A stretch of 64,000 nucleotides of DNA from a virus, in the IMG/VR virus record IMGVR_UViG_3300025853_009406, positions 52,741-116,740 of that record; one strand, 5' to 3'. Below the pieces are notes generated by a model. The model did not search any database and had not been told where the DNA came from. It worked only from the letters and a program-made list of their open reading frames with translations. The translations under genes and the position numbers were made by a program. Below are positions 45,614 to 56,016 of this stretch, piece by piece (the first letter of the stretch is position 1; each line of letters starts with the position of its first letter).

Positions 45614-47322
45614 TTTACCATCCTACTAAATCCTTTATTTTTATCAAATTTAATAATATTATCAAATTTGTCGTGCAAATCAGACTTATGTGATATAACA
45701 AAAATGTTTGCATCTTTAATTATATAGCAGATAATTTTAAGGAATTCATCTGTTCCAAATCCATCCAAAGACGAATCAAATACCTCATCCATAATCAGCA
45801 AGTTGGTGTTTACTGAGTTTTTGAGTCTAGCAACTTCCCTCCAAGTAAAAAGTAATGCTAGATCAATTCTCATTTTTTCACCTTCACTAAATGATGAATA
45901 AGAAAAATCTTCATGAATTGGAGATTTTACTGTTTCATTAAATTCTTCATTAAGATGGAAATTAATATAAAAATCCATCATTTGAAGATAACGATTAACC
46001 TGCTGATTTATGAACGGAAGATACTTCTTAATTATCTTCGTTTTTACGCCATCGTCCTTAAGTAAGGAATAAGCAAAATCGTAATAAACGATTTCTTGTT
46101 TTTTGTTTACTAATTCTTCGGTTGTTACATGGAGATTTTTTTTAAATTCATCTAACTTCTCATGTTCAGTATTTCTGTTTTGTAGGTTACTGGTAATAGT
46201 TTGAATTTCATGTTCAAGATCTCTGATTTGTCTCTGATTGAGGCTAATCCGAGTATTGTTTTGAGAAATGCCATGCGTTAGTTTCGTAATCTCCTTAGAA
46301 AGTGCAATGAATTGAAGCTCTCTTTGTTGTTCAGACTTAATTGTTTTCTCAAGTTCTTCATAACCATCTTTAAGTTCTTTTGCCTTATTTTGAGCATCTT
46401 CAATTCTATTTACACGAAACTCTTCCTCAATATCTTGAGTACAAGTAGGGCATACCGTATTTTCAGTAAAAAACTTATGTTCTTTTGTAATGGTTCCTAC
46501 TTTTTGGGATAATTTTCCTTTAAGATTGTTTAGTTTTACTAACTTATCTGCAGCACCAGTAACCTCTTCTTGCTCCTTAGTATATCGATGAATATCTTCT
46601 TCAAGACCCGTATTATCCTTCATAAAAATAACAAGTTCCTCATCTAACTTGGCAATTTTTTCTTTGTTGGCATTTATGTTGGCATTACCACGATTCTCAA
46701 GTTCTTCAATAAAATTTTGTTGCATCTTCATCTTATCTTTGAGAGTATCTTTCTTCAACTCTAAAGATTTGACTTGATCTCTCCGAACACGAATTTGATC
46801 TTTAATAAGACCATTCATCGCAGAAAAAATACGAATATCAAGAAGGTCCTCAATTACCTCACGGCGATTTGATGTCGTCAATTGCATAAAAGGCACAAAG
46901 GTGCTACTACCCAGAATTACGATTTGAGTAAAAGACTTATAGTTTACCTTGAGAATATTTTCTTCCAGAATACGTTGATTAGAACGATCATCTGCTTCCT
47001 TATGCAAAGGAACACCGTTTACCTCAATATCAAAAACATTTGGTTTGATTCCACGACGAACCAAATATTCTTTATTATTGACAGTAAATTCAATCTCAAC
47101 CACACAATCTTTCTCATTGGTAGCATTAACCAATTGTGGTTTGTTAATTTTACGAAATGGTTTATTAAACAATCCAAAAGTTAGGGCATCTAAAACTGTA
47201 GACTTACCCGAACCATTTGTTCCAATTATTAAGTTTGTATTATGTTTTTCAAAATCAACTTCCGTAAATTGATTACCAGTGGAAAGAAAATTTTTCCATC
47301 TAATTTTATGAAATAGAATCAT
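45610..47322 (-). CDS. gp46: Recombination endonuclease ATPase subunit (SbcC/Rad50-like)
   Basis: GTNGSGKS, CPTC hook, FSEGE, DEVFD, ISH. Confidence 0.96.
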   Translation of the reverse strand: MILFHKIRWKNFLSTGNQFTEVDFEKHNTNLIIGTNGSGKSTVLDALTFGLFNKPFRKINKPQLVNATNEKDCVVEIEFTVNNKEYLVRRGIKPNVFDIEVNGVPLHKEADDRSNQRILEENILKVNYKSFTQIVILGSSTFVPFMQLTTSNRREVIEDLLDIRIFSAMNGLIKDQIRVRRDQVKSLELKKDTLKDKMKMQQNFIEELENRGNANINANKEKIAKLDEELVIFMKDNTGLEEDIHRYTKEQEEVTGAADKLVKLNNLKGKLSQKVGTITKEHKFFTENTVCPTCTQDIEEEFRVNRIEDAQNKAKELKDGYEELEKTIKSEQQRELQFIALSKEITKLTHGISQNNTRISLNQRQIRDLEHEIQTITSNLQNRNTEHEKLDEFKKNLHVTTEELVNKKQEIVYYDFAYSLLKDDGVKTKIIKKYLPFINQQVNRYLQMMDFYINFHLNEEFNETVKSPIHEDFSYSSFSEGEKMRIDLALLFTWREVARLKNSVNTNLLIMDEVFDSSLDGFGTDEFLKIICYIIKDANIFVISHKSDLHDKFDNIIKFDKNKGFSRMVK

Positions 47323-47575
47323 CTTTGGGGGGAACTACAATATCGTCAGGTGTAATAATTGCATATTTGTAATTATACATCTTACACGTTTTTACAGCAA
47401 GGTCATCATCAACTTCAACAACAATCATTTCAGTATCTTCTTGCTCTTCTAGTTGCATTGCATATCTTTCAGCATCATCCTCTTCTTCAAAAAGAAATAA
47501 GACTTTATGACCATATTGATCTTGAACAGCATATGCACCATCATCTTTTTTGTCTTTAAGGGTAAGAAGAAACAT
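47306..47575 (-). CDS. Conserved hypothetical protein between gp47 and gp46
   Basis: GAYAV...LFEEEDDAERYA. Confidence 0.7.
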   Translation of the reverse strand: MFLLTLKDKKDDGAYAVQDQYGHKVLFLFEEEDDAERYAMQLEEQEDTEMIVVEVDDDLAVKTCKMYNYKYAIITPDDIVVPPKDDSIS

Positions 47576-48609
47576 TACTCAACTTCACATGCTTGTTTAT
47601 ATATTTCTTGGAAAATATTCTTAACTACTTTTTTATCGTAATTAAATTCCGACTCATCAATATAACGATTAAGTATTGAAATTGTATTTTCATCATCATC
47701 CACAGAAAATTCTTCATTTTCCTGAATTGTAAAATCCTCTACAATTTTTAGTTCTTGAACTCCAGCTGAATGAAGTTTATCAATAATTTTTTCAAACTCT
47801 TTCGGACGTGGTTTATTACGAACAACAATCTTAACAATTTTATTCTTGTAAGGTCTTGCATCTAATAGTGATGCAGATTCATCATTGTAATAGAGAACAT
47901 GAAAAAGTTTGAAAGGATTATCTATTGGATAATGTTCACAATTTTCTGTATCAAAGATGGTGAATCCTCTCCGATCACCGACATCGTTCCAGAACATTTC
48001 GTATGGATTTCCCAAGTAGTAGATCCGTCCATCATCCGATCTAGTGTGGTAGTGACCGCTGAAGACCTTCTTGAACTTTGCAAATAATTCGCCCGAAAGA
48101 CCATGATCCATGAGCAAGTTTTTATGAGCTCTAAATCCTTGGAGCTCAAGGTGCCCCATCGCGTAGTTGCAAGTTGTATCTTTAATAAGTTTAAAAGACT
48201 GTTTTTGATTAGATTCATTTATCCATGGAAGCAATAGAATATCTAGTCCCCCAATATTAACTTCTTTAGGTTCTCTATAAATTTTAATATTTGGATATGT
48301 TTGAAGAAGTAATTCTGGAGAGTTTACATCATTAGTATCTTTATAGTAAGTATCATGATTTCCCACAATCATATGAACATCATATTTTTTGAGTCTATCA
48401 AATACAACTTTTTTAGACCATTCCAAACTTTGATAATCAATTGATTTTCTACTATCAAAAGCATCACCCATATGGATGACTGTGGTAATTTTTTCTTTTT
48501 CTAATGAAGGAAAGAATACCTCATCATAAAACTTTTCAAAATAATCGTGTAAAAATTTTGATCCTTTTCTTGCACCATAATGAGTATCTGTTATAATCGC
48601 AACCTTCAT
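47575..48609 (-). CDS. gp47: Recombination endonuclease nuclease subunit (SbcD/Mre11-like)
   Basis: DTHYG, GDAFD, GNHD, GHLE, SGHYH. Confidence 0.96.
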   Translation of the reverse strand: MKVAIITDTHYGARKGSKFLHDYFEKFYDEVFFPSLEKEKITTVIHMGDAFDSRKSIDYQSLEWSKKVVFDRLKKYDVHMIVGNHDTYYKDTNDVNSPELLLQTYPNIKIYREPKEVNIGGLDILLLPWINESNQKQSFKLIKDTTCNYAMGHLELQGFRAHKNLLMDHGLSGELFAKFKKVFSGHYHTRSDDGRIYYLGNPYEMFWNDVGDRRGFTIFDTENCEHYPIDNPFKLFHVLYYNDESASLLDARPYKNKIVKIVVRNKPRPKEFEKIIDKLHSAGVQELKIVEDFTIQENEEFSVDDDENTISILNRYIDESEFNYDKKVVKNIFQEIYKQACEVE

Positions 48610-49079
48610 CGATTTCTATATTGGATGTTGTCTTTGATGGTATTATAGTCTGAACTACTATTAGAAAGCAAGCTATCGTCTACAACCATAACCTCATCAA
48701 ATCCTGTCTTTTCAATAATTTTATTTTTAATTTCTAACTGCTTTTTCTCTTTAGAAATTCTTCTCAAAAAAGCATAATGAATTATTTGAGTAAAGTATGC
48801 AAAAGGATTGCTACTTTTATTTGGATCAAAATTATGAATATACTGAATACAATTTTCTACACCATCAGAAATCATATCTTCCCGAAACATGTAATTGACG
48901 AAATTAGGTTTATATGAAAGATGAGTCGCTATTTTTAAAAAACAATCTCCAAGATAATTAGAAATTAGAGGTTTTCCCAAACCTTTTTCTTTATTATCCA
49001 AGTATTTTTTTCTGTAAACTATAATTTCTTCTAATAATTGCTTATTATTTACATAATGTTCGGATTTTTTCTTAGGCAT
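48606..49079 (-). CDS. gp55: Late-transcription sigma factor
   Basis: HYVNNK, NFVNY..REDMI.D, NPFAYFTQI..AF.RRI..EK. Confidence 0.96.
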   Translation of the reverse strand: MPKKKSEHYVNNKQLLEEIIVYRKKYLDNKEKGLGKPLISNYLGDCFLKIATHLSYKPNFVNYMFREDMISDGVENCIQYIHNFDPNKSSNPFAYFTQIIHYAFLRRISKEKKQLEIKNKIIEKTGFDEVMVVDDSLLSNSSSDYNTIKDNIQYRNR

Positions 49080-49161
49080 GATTTTCTGTTTATATAGAAC
49101 TTATTCATTGCTGTAAACAACTTATGCATATATTATACCATATTTTAAATCATTACGCAGC

Positions 49162-49190
49162 TTGACAAAACCTCAAATAATAAGTAGAAT
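49162..49190 (+). promoter_or_regulatory. Plus-strand sigma70 promoter divergent from gp55
   Basis: TTGACA-N17-TAGAAT; gp55 itself has an extended -10 (TGGTATAAT) at 49132-49140 on the minus strand. Confidence 0.6.
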
Positions 49191-49217
49191 ACCTTTGTTA
49201 GGTTTGGAGAACAAGCT

Positions 49218-49655
49218 TTAGCTTTCTCTATTATCTTTAATATCTATATCTTTTTTAAAGATATCTTCTAACTGTTTTCTAGCTTCTTTTACCGAAGATA
49301 TATATCCCATATTATCAGTTATATTAACTTTACCAGTTTGATTCGCAGAGTTATATTCAGCACTATCATCTTCATCACTTTCTAAGAATGCATTGTAACA
49401 TTCTATAATTTTTTCATTATTAACTTCAGTCATAGTAATAATTTTATCCATTCTTACCATATAAAAATCATCTGATGGTATATCCATCCATGGTTTTATT
49501 TTAATAAATTGACTATCTGGTCCAGTAATTACTTTTAACACAACTGGATTTTGCATAACAATTACTGGATCATCATCATTATCATCAATAAAAACTAATG
49601 AAAATATTTCTTCTCCAGTAATTAATTTTATGCTACTATAAAATTCTTCTCCCAT
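49218..49655 (-). CDS. Sm-like conserved protein after uvsW
   Basis: SIKLITGEEIFS...KPWM...NMGYISSVKEAR..LE. Confidence 0.75.
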   Translation of the reverse strand: MGEEFYSSIKLITGEEIFSLVFIDDNDDDPVIVMQNPVVLKVITGPDSQFIKIKPWMDIPSDDFYMVRMDKIITMTEVNNEKIIECYNAFLESDEDDSAEYNSANQTGKVNITDNMGYISSVKEARKQLEDIFKKDIDIKDNRES

Positions 49656-51118
49656 TAGTTTTTTAGTGGTATGTTTACTATATCGTAATTAAAATTTTCT
49701 TCGTTATATACCTTTATTCTCTCAATTAGATGATTAAGTGTGTAGTTGTTCCTGGATTTATAGGATATGTCGTCAGCAATGTCATAGAGAGTTGCCTTTG
49801 TTTTGTTATTTCCTTTCCTGAGCACCCTTCCAATAGACTGGAGATTCCGAATTCTAGATTTGGATGGAGAAGCAAAAATAACATTATGGAGGTTCTTAAT
49901 ATTGATACCTGTACTAAATGTTCCGTATGAAGCGACAATAATCGCGTTGTTTTCCTTCTCAGTAATTTCTCTTACTAATTCTCTATTTTCTGTATCCACT
50001 CCACCATGGACAAAAAATACGTGACGATTTTCTACACTACCAGTATTTATCATATCGTATAGTGGTTGACCATGACCTTCAACTCTTGCAAAAAGAATTA
50101 AAGTATTTCCTTTCAAATCAAGAGCAAGATTTCTGATAAACTTGTTTCTACGTTCATGGTTAATGATATACTGGACTTCATCCTCAAATGTTTCAAATTT
50201 ATGTGCTGGGTGCTTCAGTAGAAGCACGTTAATATCCAGTTTGGCAACATGACCTTTTGCCATTAGTTCTTCTGTTCTTATAATTTTGTAACTTGGGCCA
50301 AATAAACCCTCCAGTACCCATTTATGAGTTTGAGTTCCATCAAGAGTCCCTGTAAAACCAAATCTGTATTTTGCATCTGAAAGTTTTGACATTATAGATA
50401 TTAATGATTTAGATTTAAACTGGTGCGCTTCATCCCCAACAACAACATTAAATCTAGAAAAATATTTTCGGGGGAGTTTATAAATCGACTGCCAGGTAGT
50501 GATAATAACTTGAGAGTTCGTTTCTCTTTCTCTACCAGCGTAAATTTTATGGCAATATGAACCTACATCCCAACCATAGTCTGCAAAATCTTTATACATT
50601 TGCTCTACAAGCGAAGTCGTTGGAACGACTATCAGAATATTTCGTTGCTTCTCAACGTGATATCTCACAATCGAATATATCATCAGAGACTTTCCAGAGG
50701 CAGTTGGGGATATCAGCAACCTTCTATTATGTTTTAATGCGTCGTAAACACCTTCTATTTGGTACTCACGTGGAGCGTACTTGCTAATCGCAGTCATATA
50801 ATCTTTCACACCTTCTTTTGAAATATGATCATTTGTTTCAAAAGGAAGACCATAAAACTTATTATCTACAAATTCATATGTGTATCCATGGTTATCACAA
50901 AACTGTGTAACCTTATCTAATAACCCAACGTATATTTCTCCTGTCTGGGTATTGAATAGACGAATTTTTCCATCCCAGTATTTACTTCGATACTGGGGCA
51001 TAAATTTTGCGCCTGGTACTTCAAAGGTAAATTGGTCTGCTAACTCGTAGTAGACATGTGGTTCCGCTTTTACCTGAAGAAAGACTTCATTCTTTTTTGA
51101 AATAATCAAATGAGACAT
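49655..51118 (-). CDS. uvsW: UvsW helicase
   Basis: SPTASGKS, DEAH, TGT, QSIGRVLR. Confidence 0.96.
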   Translation of the reverse strand: MSHLIISKKNEVFLQVKAEPHVYYELADQFTFEVPGAKFMPQYRSKYWDGKIRLFNTQTGEIYVGLLDKVTQFCDNHGYTYEFVDNKFYGLPFETNDHISKEGVKDYMTAISKYAPREYQIEGVYDALKHNRRLLISPTASGKSLMIYSIVRYHVEKQRNILIVVPTTSLVEQMYKDFADYGWDVGSYCHKIYAGRERETNSQVIITTWQSIYKLPRKYFSRFNVVVGDEAHQFKSKSLISIMSKLSDAKYRFGFTGTLDGTQTHKWVLEGLFGPSYKIIRTEELMAKGHVAKLDINVLLLKHPAHKFETFEDEVQYIINHERRNKFIRNLALDLKGNTLILFARVEGHGQPLYDMINTGSVENRHVFFVHGGVDTENRELVREITEKENNAIIVASYGTFSTGINIKNLHNVIFASPSKSRIRNLQSIGRVLRKGNNKTKATLYDIADDISYKSRNNYTLNHLIERIKVYNEENFNYDIVNIPLKN

Positions 51119-51144
51119 GATTCATAAGCATCACCTATGAATAT

Positions 51145-51366
51145 TTATTCTCCTACTTGAAACTTATATTCTAAGATCATTCTATAAAAAAAATCTTTCA
51201 TTTGTTCTGTTCTTAATTTATCATATTCATCACCAAAAGTACCTTTTTCCTCATGGCACTGCAATGCTTTATAAATTTGGTGACAATCTCTAATATCTAA
51301 TTCCATCTGAATATATGGAACATCTTCCATTTCATTATAATCGCTTTCGTAATCGTAATCGCTCAT
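51145..51366 (-). CDS. Small hypothetical protein (paralog of the adjacent ORF)
   Basis: LDIRD...FFYRMILEYKF. Confidence 0.6.
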   Translation of the reverse strand: MSDYDYESDYNEMEDVPYIQMELDIRDCHQIYKALQCHEEKGTFGDEYDKLRTEQMKDFFYRMILEYKFQVGE

Positions 51367-51560
51367 AGTTCTCTAAAGTTATAGTCCATAATCATTCTAA
51401 AAAGAGAATTACGCAAATACCAAAGATGCTCTTGTTCTGTAGCAGGTCTTCTAGGAGAACCTGGCCAATTTTTGATAGTTTCATCTACACAGTACTGTAG
51501 AAGACGTATGTCTTCTATTTTTAAATTAACTTGATAATCATAATCCTGCTCATCTTCCAT
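51363..51560 (-). CDS. Small hypothetical protein
   Basis: LKIED...WPGSP.RP..EQE.L...LFRMIMDYNF. Confidence 0.65.
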   Translation of the reverse strand: MEDEQDYDYQVNLKIEDIRLLQYCVDETIKNWPGSPRRPATEQEHLWYLRNSLFRMIMDYNFREL

Positions 51561-51991
51561 TAGTTAAATCCTGCTTGGAATCGATGCCACTCTATTGCAT
51601 TTTTAATTTGATATGTTCTATTAGAAATTGTTTTGATAATTTCTTCCAAAAACTTTAACATAACATCATAGTATCTAAGTTTCATATCTAATTTATTTAA
51701 CCTCTCATCGGCATCTAGGTGCCTCTGTAACGCCTCTTTATCCCTTACTTTGTATGGAAATGGTTCTTCTTCATAAACCTTTTGTGGCGCTTTTCCAGTG
51801 TAGTAGTTGTATCTCTCTAATCTAGTTCTATTGTAAGATTCTCTAGATTTCTCTCTCAACAAAGTAACTGTGTTGTATAATGTATAATACTTTGAATGAA
51901 GTTGTGGAATTTTTAAAGATTCATCATGTAAATTATCAGGATCAATTACAGAATCTTTTTTCCACATATCTTGAATATCTTCCAAATTCAT
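51560..51991 (-). CDS. uvsY: Recombination mediator UvsY
   Basis: W.KDS.ID, SLKIPQLHSKY, YYTG, R.YQIKNAIEW. Confidence 0.92.
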   Translation of the reverse strand: MNLEDIQDMWKKDSVIDPDNLHDESLKIPQLHSKYYTLYNTVTLLREKSRESYNRTRLERYNYYTGKAPQKVYEEEPFPYKVRDKEALQRHLDADERLNKLDMKLRYYDVMLKFLEEIIKTISNRTYQIKNAIEWHRFQAGFN

Positions 51992-52011
51992 AATATAGAG
52001 ATAGGTAGAGA

Positions 52012-52542
52012 TTATAATTCTACTATATCATAGATTGTGTATTTAAAAACAACCTCAGCAGTAAAATAATTGACATCATTATCAGAAGCTTCAAACTCTA
52101 ATGATGTGAGAGAAACTGGAAATAAATCATTAAAAACAATTCTACAAACACTATTATAGTTACTATTTAAGATATTTAATGTTCCATCACTAAATTGTTT
52201 TAGTGGATCTTCAACGGCATCATCACCAGTGACTAAATTTTTAAAATCATCATGTGTATCAGAAAATCCTAATGCAGTAATCCACCTATGAATTAAGATA
52301 TAATTTTCTAAATTTTCATCAACTAAAAATCTAAGTGAAAAATCACCATATTGTACTTGATCTCCAGGAACTTCTATCGCTTTAAATCTAGTTTGCTGTA
52401 CAGTGGTCCCCAAAGAAATGTCAGGTATTCTTAAGGCATTTGAAAAAAATGAAACTTTTTTATACTTTTCCAAAATAAATTGGAAACCTATGGGTGATAA
52501 AAAATTCCTATTTTGTATTTGACCATCAAAAACACTTGCCAT
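52012..52542 (-). CDS. gp3: Tail completion / sheath stabilizer
   Basis: NFLSPIGF, PGD...Y, FLVDENLENY, SDGTL, FPVSL; follows gp23. Confidence 0.88.
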   Translation of the reverse strand: MASVFDGQIQNRNFLSPIGFQFILEKYKKVSFFSNALRIPDISLGTTVQQTRFKAIEVPGDQVQYGDFSLRFLVDENLENYILIHRWITALGFSDTHDDFKNLVTGDDAVEDPLKQFSDGTLNILNSNYNSVCRIVFNDLFPVSLTSLEFEASDNDVNYFTAEVVFKYTIYDIVEL

Positions 52543-52612
52543 TGTTTTTATTTGTATTTATTCAAAACTGGTTGACTTTTGGGATATATTCCATGTTTAT
52601 TCAATCCAAAAG

Positions 52613-52640
52613 AAAAAAAAGGGAGACCCGAAGGTCTCCC
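52613..52640 (-). terminator. gp23 terminator with cUUCGg loop
   Basis: GGGAGACC-TTCG-GGTCTCCC-TTTTTTTT. Confidence 0.9.
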
Positions 52641-52664
52641 GTAGAAGTATGTGAACCAAATAGA

Positions 52665-54098
52665 TCACATAAGGTTCTCAACACGTACTCTTCTGTAGTA
52701 ACGGTTGGAGTTAACGTTCATGCGTCCGAGACCTGCAGTGGTTCCTTCAGCGAATGGGTTAGCAACAAGACCGTAGCGGGTCTTAAAGCCGATCTTAGGC
52801 TGGAAGGTGTTCTCTCCAACGGCACGAACCATCTGGAGGGGAACATATGGGCAATAGAACAGACCAGCGTCATAAGGTGAAGAACCCTTATAACCTGCAA
52901 CGTAGTATTGTCCACCACTAGCATTGGGGTTAGAACCACCAGAATAAGGATCGATATATACGCGATACTTACCAGCAAGTACACCAGCGAAGGTGTTACC
53001 AGTATCATCAACCTGGAGGTTAGCGTTAAGAGCAGGGGTGTAATCGAGTACACCAGCCATGGTCAGAGCGGAAGCAACGTCTGCAGAGCAGAGGATCATG
53101 TTGCCTTTTCCACGACGAGTTTCGGTTGCGATTGCGTTAGCATCACGCTCGATTTGGAAGATAAGTCCCTTGAACTTCTCAACACTCCAGCGACCGTTGG
53201 AGTCAACGTCGAGGTCGAAACGACCAGGGTTAGCAACATTGTGCTGAGCACCAGACTTAGCAGTCTTATAGATGGTGCGGATAACTTCGCGGTTGATCTC
53301 AGCAAGGATCTCAGTGGAGAGAATGTTTGCGAGTTCTGCTTCTGCATTCAGACCGTGGATCGCTCTCAGATCTTGGGCAAGCTCAAGGCTGTATTCTGCT
53401 TTCAGAGCACGGCTCTTAGCAGTAACAGCAACTTTCTCGATTGAGAAAGCCATCTGGTTGAAGTGATCTCCATCCTCAGAACCGAGTGCTTCAGCATCTT
53501 CGGTATTCATACCGCGTCCAACGGTATAAGCAGCCTGAGTGGAGTTGGAGTCTGGGCTCAGAAGACCAGGGTTAGATCCACCTTGTGCAGCAGTGGTACC
53601 AAATCCAACAGCACCACCAGAACTTGAACCTTCATTACCAGTATAACCAGCACTAGTGAGGTCACGTCCATCGTCTTGTGCGGAATATGCGGTATCTGGC
53701 TCGTTGAAGAATGCTTCGTCGGCAGATCCAGGTGCGCCATACTTAGAGCGCATTGCGAAGATCAGTCCAGTAGGACCATTCATTGGTTGAACGCCAGCGA
53801 GGTCATATGCGACCAGGTTAGGCATTGAACGTCTGATCAAAGAGATCAGAACGGGATCGAAACCAGCAACAGGAGCGGAAGCATCAGCAGAGAAACCTGC
53901 GGTTCCTCCCGATGAACCAGTGCTCATGTTTGGTGTTTCGTACAGGAACTCACGCTCCTCACGAAGTGATTTTTCTTGGTTCTCTAACAGGATTGCGGTA
54001 ACAGCTCTGCGATGGGAATCTTTGATCGAATCCATGCCCTCGTAGTCGAGGACTGGTGCCCACTTCTCCTGCAGAGCTTCAGCATTGAAACTTTGCAT
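52665..54098 (-). CDS. gp23: Major capsid protein
   Basis: FDPVLISLIRR, GVQPMNGPTGLIFAMR, KSRALKAEYSLELAQDL, FYCPYVPL, FQPKIGFKTRYG. Confidence 0.99.
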   Translation of the reverse strand: MQSFNAEALQEKWAPVLDYEGMDSIKDSHRRAVTAILLENQEKSLREEREFLYETPNMSTGSSGGTAGFSADASAPVAGFDPVLISLIRRSMPNLVAYDLAGVQPMNGPTGLIFAMRSKYGAPGSADEAFFNEPDTAYSAQDDGRDLTSAGYTGNEGSSSGGAVGFGTTAAQGGSNPGLLSPDSNSTQAAYTVGRGMNTEDAEALGSEDGDHFNQMAFSIEKVAVTAKSRALKAEYSLELAQDLRAIHGLNAEAELANILSTEILAEINREVIRTIYKTAKSGAQHNVANPGRFDLDVDSNGRWSVEKFKGLIFQIERDANAIATETRRGKGNMILCSADVASALTMAGVLDYTPALNANLQVDDTGNTFAGVLAGKYRVYIDPYSGGSNPNASGGQYYVAGYKGSSPYDAGLFYCPYVPLQMVRAVGENTFQPKIGFKTRYGLVANPFAEGTTAGLGRMNVNSNRYYRRVRVENLM

Positions 54099-54151
54099 TT
54101 GATTTTAACCTCTTTTTAGATTTGTTAGTTTGAATCTTTATAATTTAGAAC

Positions 54152-55300
54152 TCACTTTTTAGCAGATCTTGAGAGTGTCTCAAGGTACGCTTCCATTACA
54201 CCACCAACGGATGGTTGTGCTTCTTGGATTTCGGTACTTTCTGAGAGATTCTCAGAATCGTCCTTTTGAGTGCTAGCAGTTCTTGTAGGGAAATATGATT
54301 CTTTTAAAGTTGCCAGCTTCTCACGATATTTTTCTTCACTTTCAAACTCAACATTTTCTGCAAGAGAAGCGAGCTTGTCTTTCTGAGAAAGTGCGAGACC
54401 CTCAGTGACTTCTGCAAAAATTACATCTGCAACTGACTCTGCTAATCTTTGATTTAGAGCAATATTTGACTTAATCTGCTCGTTGAGTTTATCTTCCATT
54501 TCATCAAGTTTTTCTACCATGCTATTGAGTACATCATACTTATCTTCAGGGATTGTTACATAATGTTCTTCAAAAAGACCCTTCATTCCAGTAAGGAATG
54601 ATTCGGTCATTTCAGTCTTGAGACCGTGCTCAACAGCAAGTTGATTTTCGTTCATCCACTCTTGAGCAACATACTCAAGATAGGAATCTACACGTTCTAC
54701 AAGTTCAGTTTTAACAGCTAAAACTTCTTCTACCAATGCTTCTTCATAAGAAGATTTTAATTCTTCCTTAATTTCGGAAACCTTAGATTTGATAGCAGCT
54801 TCAAAAATGGTACGTGCTTTCTCTTGGAATTCTTCGGAAAGTTCCTCTCCTTCTAAGAGAGCAGTAACATCCTCCTCAACATCAATGTTGAGTTCTTCTG
54901 TTTCTTCTGCTTCGGCAACCACTTCTTCTTCAGTAGTTTCTTCTTCAGCAACTACTTCTTCTTCGGTGGTTTCTTCTTCAGAAACTACTTCCTCTTCAGC
55001 AACGATTTCTTGGTCTTCTTCGACTTCGATTTCTTCTTCTTCCTTAGCCATTTTAGGCATTGAATCTGCTGCTTTTGCGCCCTTATTGACAACATTTTTT
55101 ACTTGTGCCAACGTTGCGGAAGGATCCTTTAACTTTGCGGAATCATCGTCTGCACGATAATTTTCTGGAGTAGGACCGCCTAGATCTTCCACAGAACCTA
55201 ATTGAGTTCCTGGATCTGCCATTTTAGGCATTGGATCTGCAGGCTTAGCCCCTTTGGTTACTACGTTTTCCATTTCTTGTAAATTGCTACCAACGGACAT
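54152..55300 (-). CDS. gp22: Prohead core scaffold protein
   Basis: Acidic EEETTEEEVVA repeats; LSEEF.EKA.TIFEAA; VDSYLEYV..EW. Confidence 0.93.
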   Translation of the reverse strand: MSVGSNLQEMENVVTKGAKPADPMPKMADPGTQLGSVEDLGGPTPENYRADDDSAKLKDPSATLAQVKNVVNKGAKAADSMPKMAKEEEEIEVEEDQEIVAEEEVVSEEETTEEEVVAEEETTEEEVVAEAEETEELNIDVEEDVTALLEGEELSEEFQEKARTIFEAAIKSKVSEIKEELKSSYEEALVEEVLAVKTELVERVDSYLEYVAQEWMNENQLAVEHGLKTEMTESFLTGMKGLFEEHYVTIPEDKYDVLNSMVEKLDEMEDKLNEQIKSNIALNQRLAESVADVIFAEVTEGLALSQKDKLASLAENVEFESEEKYREKLATLKESYFPTRTASTQKDDSENLSESTEIQEAQPSVGGVMEAYLETLSRSAKK

Positions 55301-55360
55301 TTGATTAAGATATAATTGTATTAATCTATATTTATTTATAAATTAAGATATTTAATGTAT

Positions 55361-56011
55361 TCAGAGGTTATTTAAAAAGTCTTGGAACAAGTTTAACTTA
55401 TGTTCATCAAGTCTTCTCTGATCGACGAGAGTATTAATTCTCTTTTGTGTTTTTTCGGCAAGTTGTTCGCGAAGAATTCCACCTTCCCAAACCCACTCTT
55501 TACCTTCCATGATTCCAGATACAAATGCATCGGGAGCAGAAGGATCAGCGACGATATCAGCAGCAGTTGCTAACATGAAATCTTCACCTACAATTTTGTG
55601 ACCTTCACTTGTTGTTTTTAATGATCCAACACCACGTGAAGAAACACCAAGCATTACACCTTCACCTAACAGTGAGGATGCAATTTTACCCATAGGAGTA
55701 TTTAAAATTTGTGCTTTTCCTTTAAAATTATTCCCCTCTCTAACAAGAGAAGTAATTTTATGAGAGACGCGATCAAGATTTACAGTTGGTCCATCTGGAT
55801 GTCCAAGTTCTCCAAGAGCACGACCTTTCACAACAAAATTTTCATTATAACGATCTACTTCACGAGAAAGGGTTGAAATAGGATACATTCTCCCATTTCT
55901 ATTTTTAATTTCACCTTGTAAAAATACACCTTCGATGTATAATTTTTTATCAGCACCCTTACCTTCGGTAACGATCTGTACGTTTGAAATTTCTTCTGTG
56001 ATAAGTTTCAT
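55361..56011 (-). CDS. gp21: Prohead protease
   Basis: NRNGRMY, GELGHP, GVSSRGVGS, DIVADPSAPDA. Confidence 0.97.
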   Translation of the reverse strand: MKLITEEISNVQIVTEGKGADKKLYIEGVFLQGEIKNRNGRMYPISTLSREVDRYNENFVVKGRALGELGHPDGPTVNLDRVSHKITSLVREGNNFKGKAQILNTPMGKIASSLLGEGVMLGVSSRGVGSLKTTSEGHKIVGEDFMLATAADIVADPSAPDAFVSGIMEGKEWVWEGGILREQLAEKTQKRINTLVDQRRLDEHKLNLFQDFLNNL

Positions 56012-56016
56012 TTTTC

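Noticed and set aside
54890-55045. Tandem repeats in gp22
   Set aside because: They encode the usual acidic EEETTEEEVVA linker of scaffold proteins; not a CRISPR array or non-coding repeat
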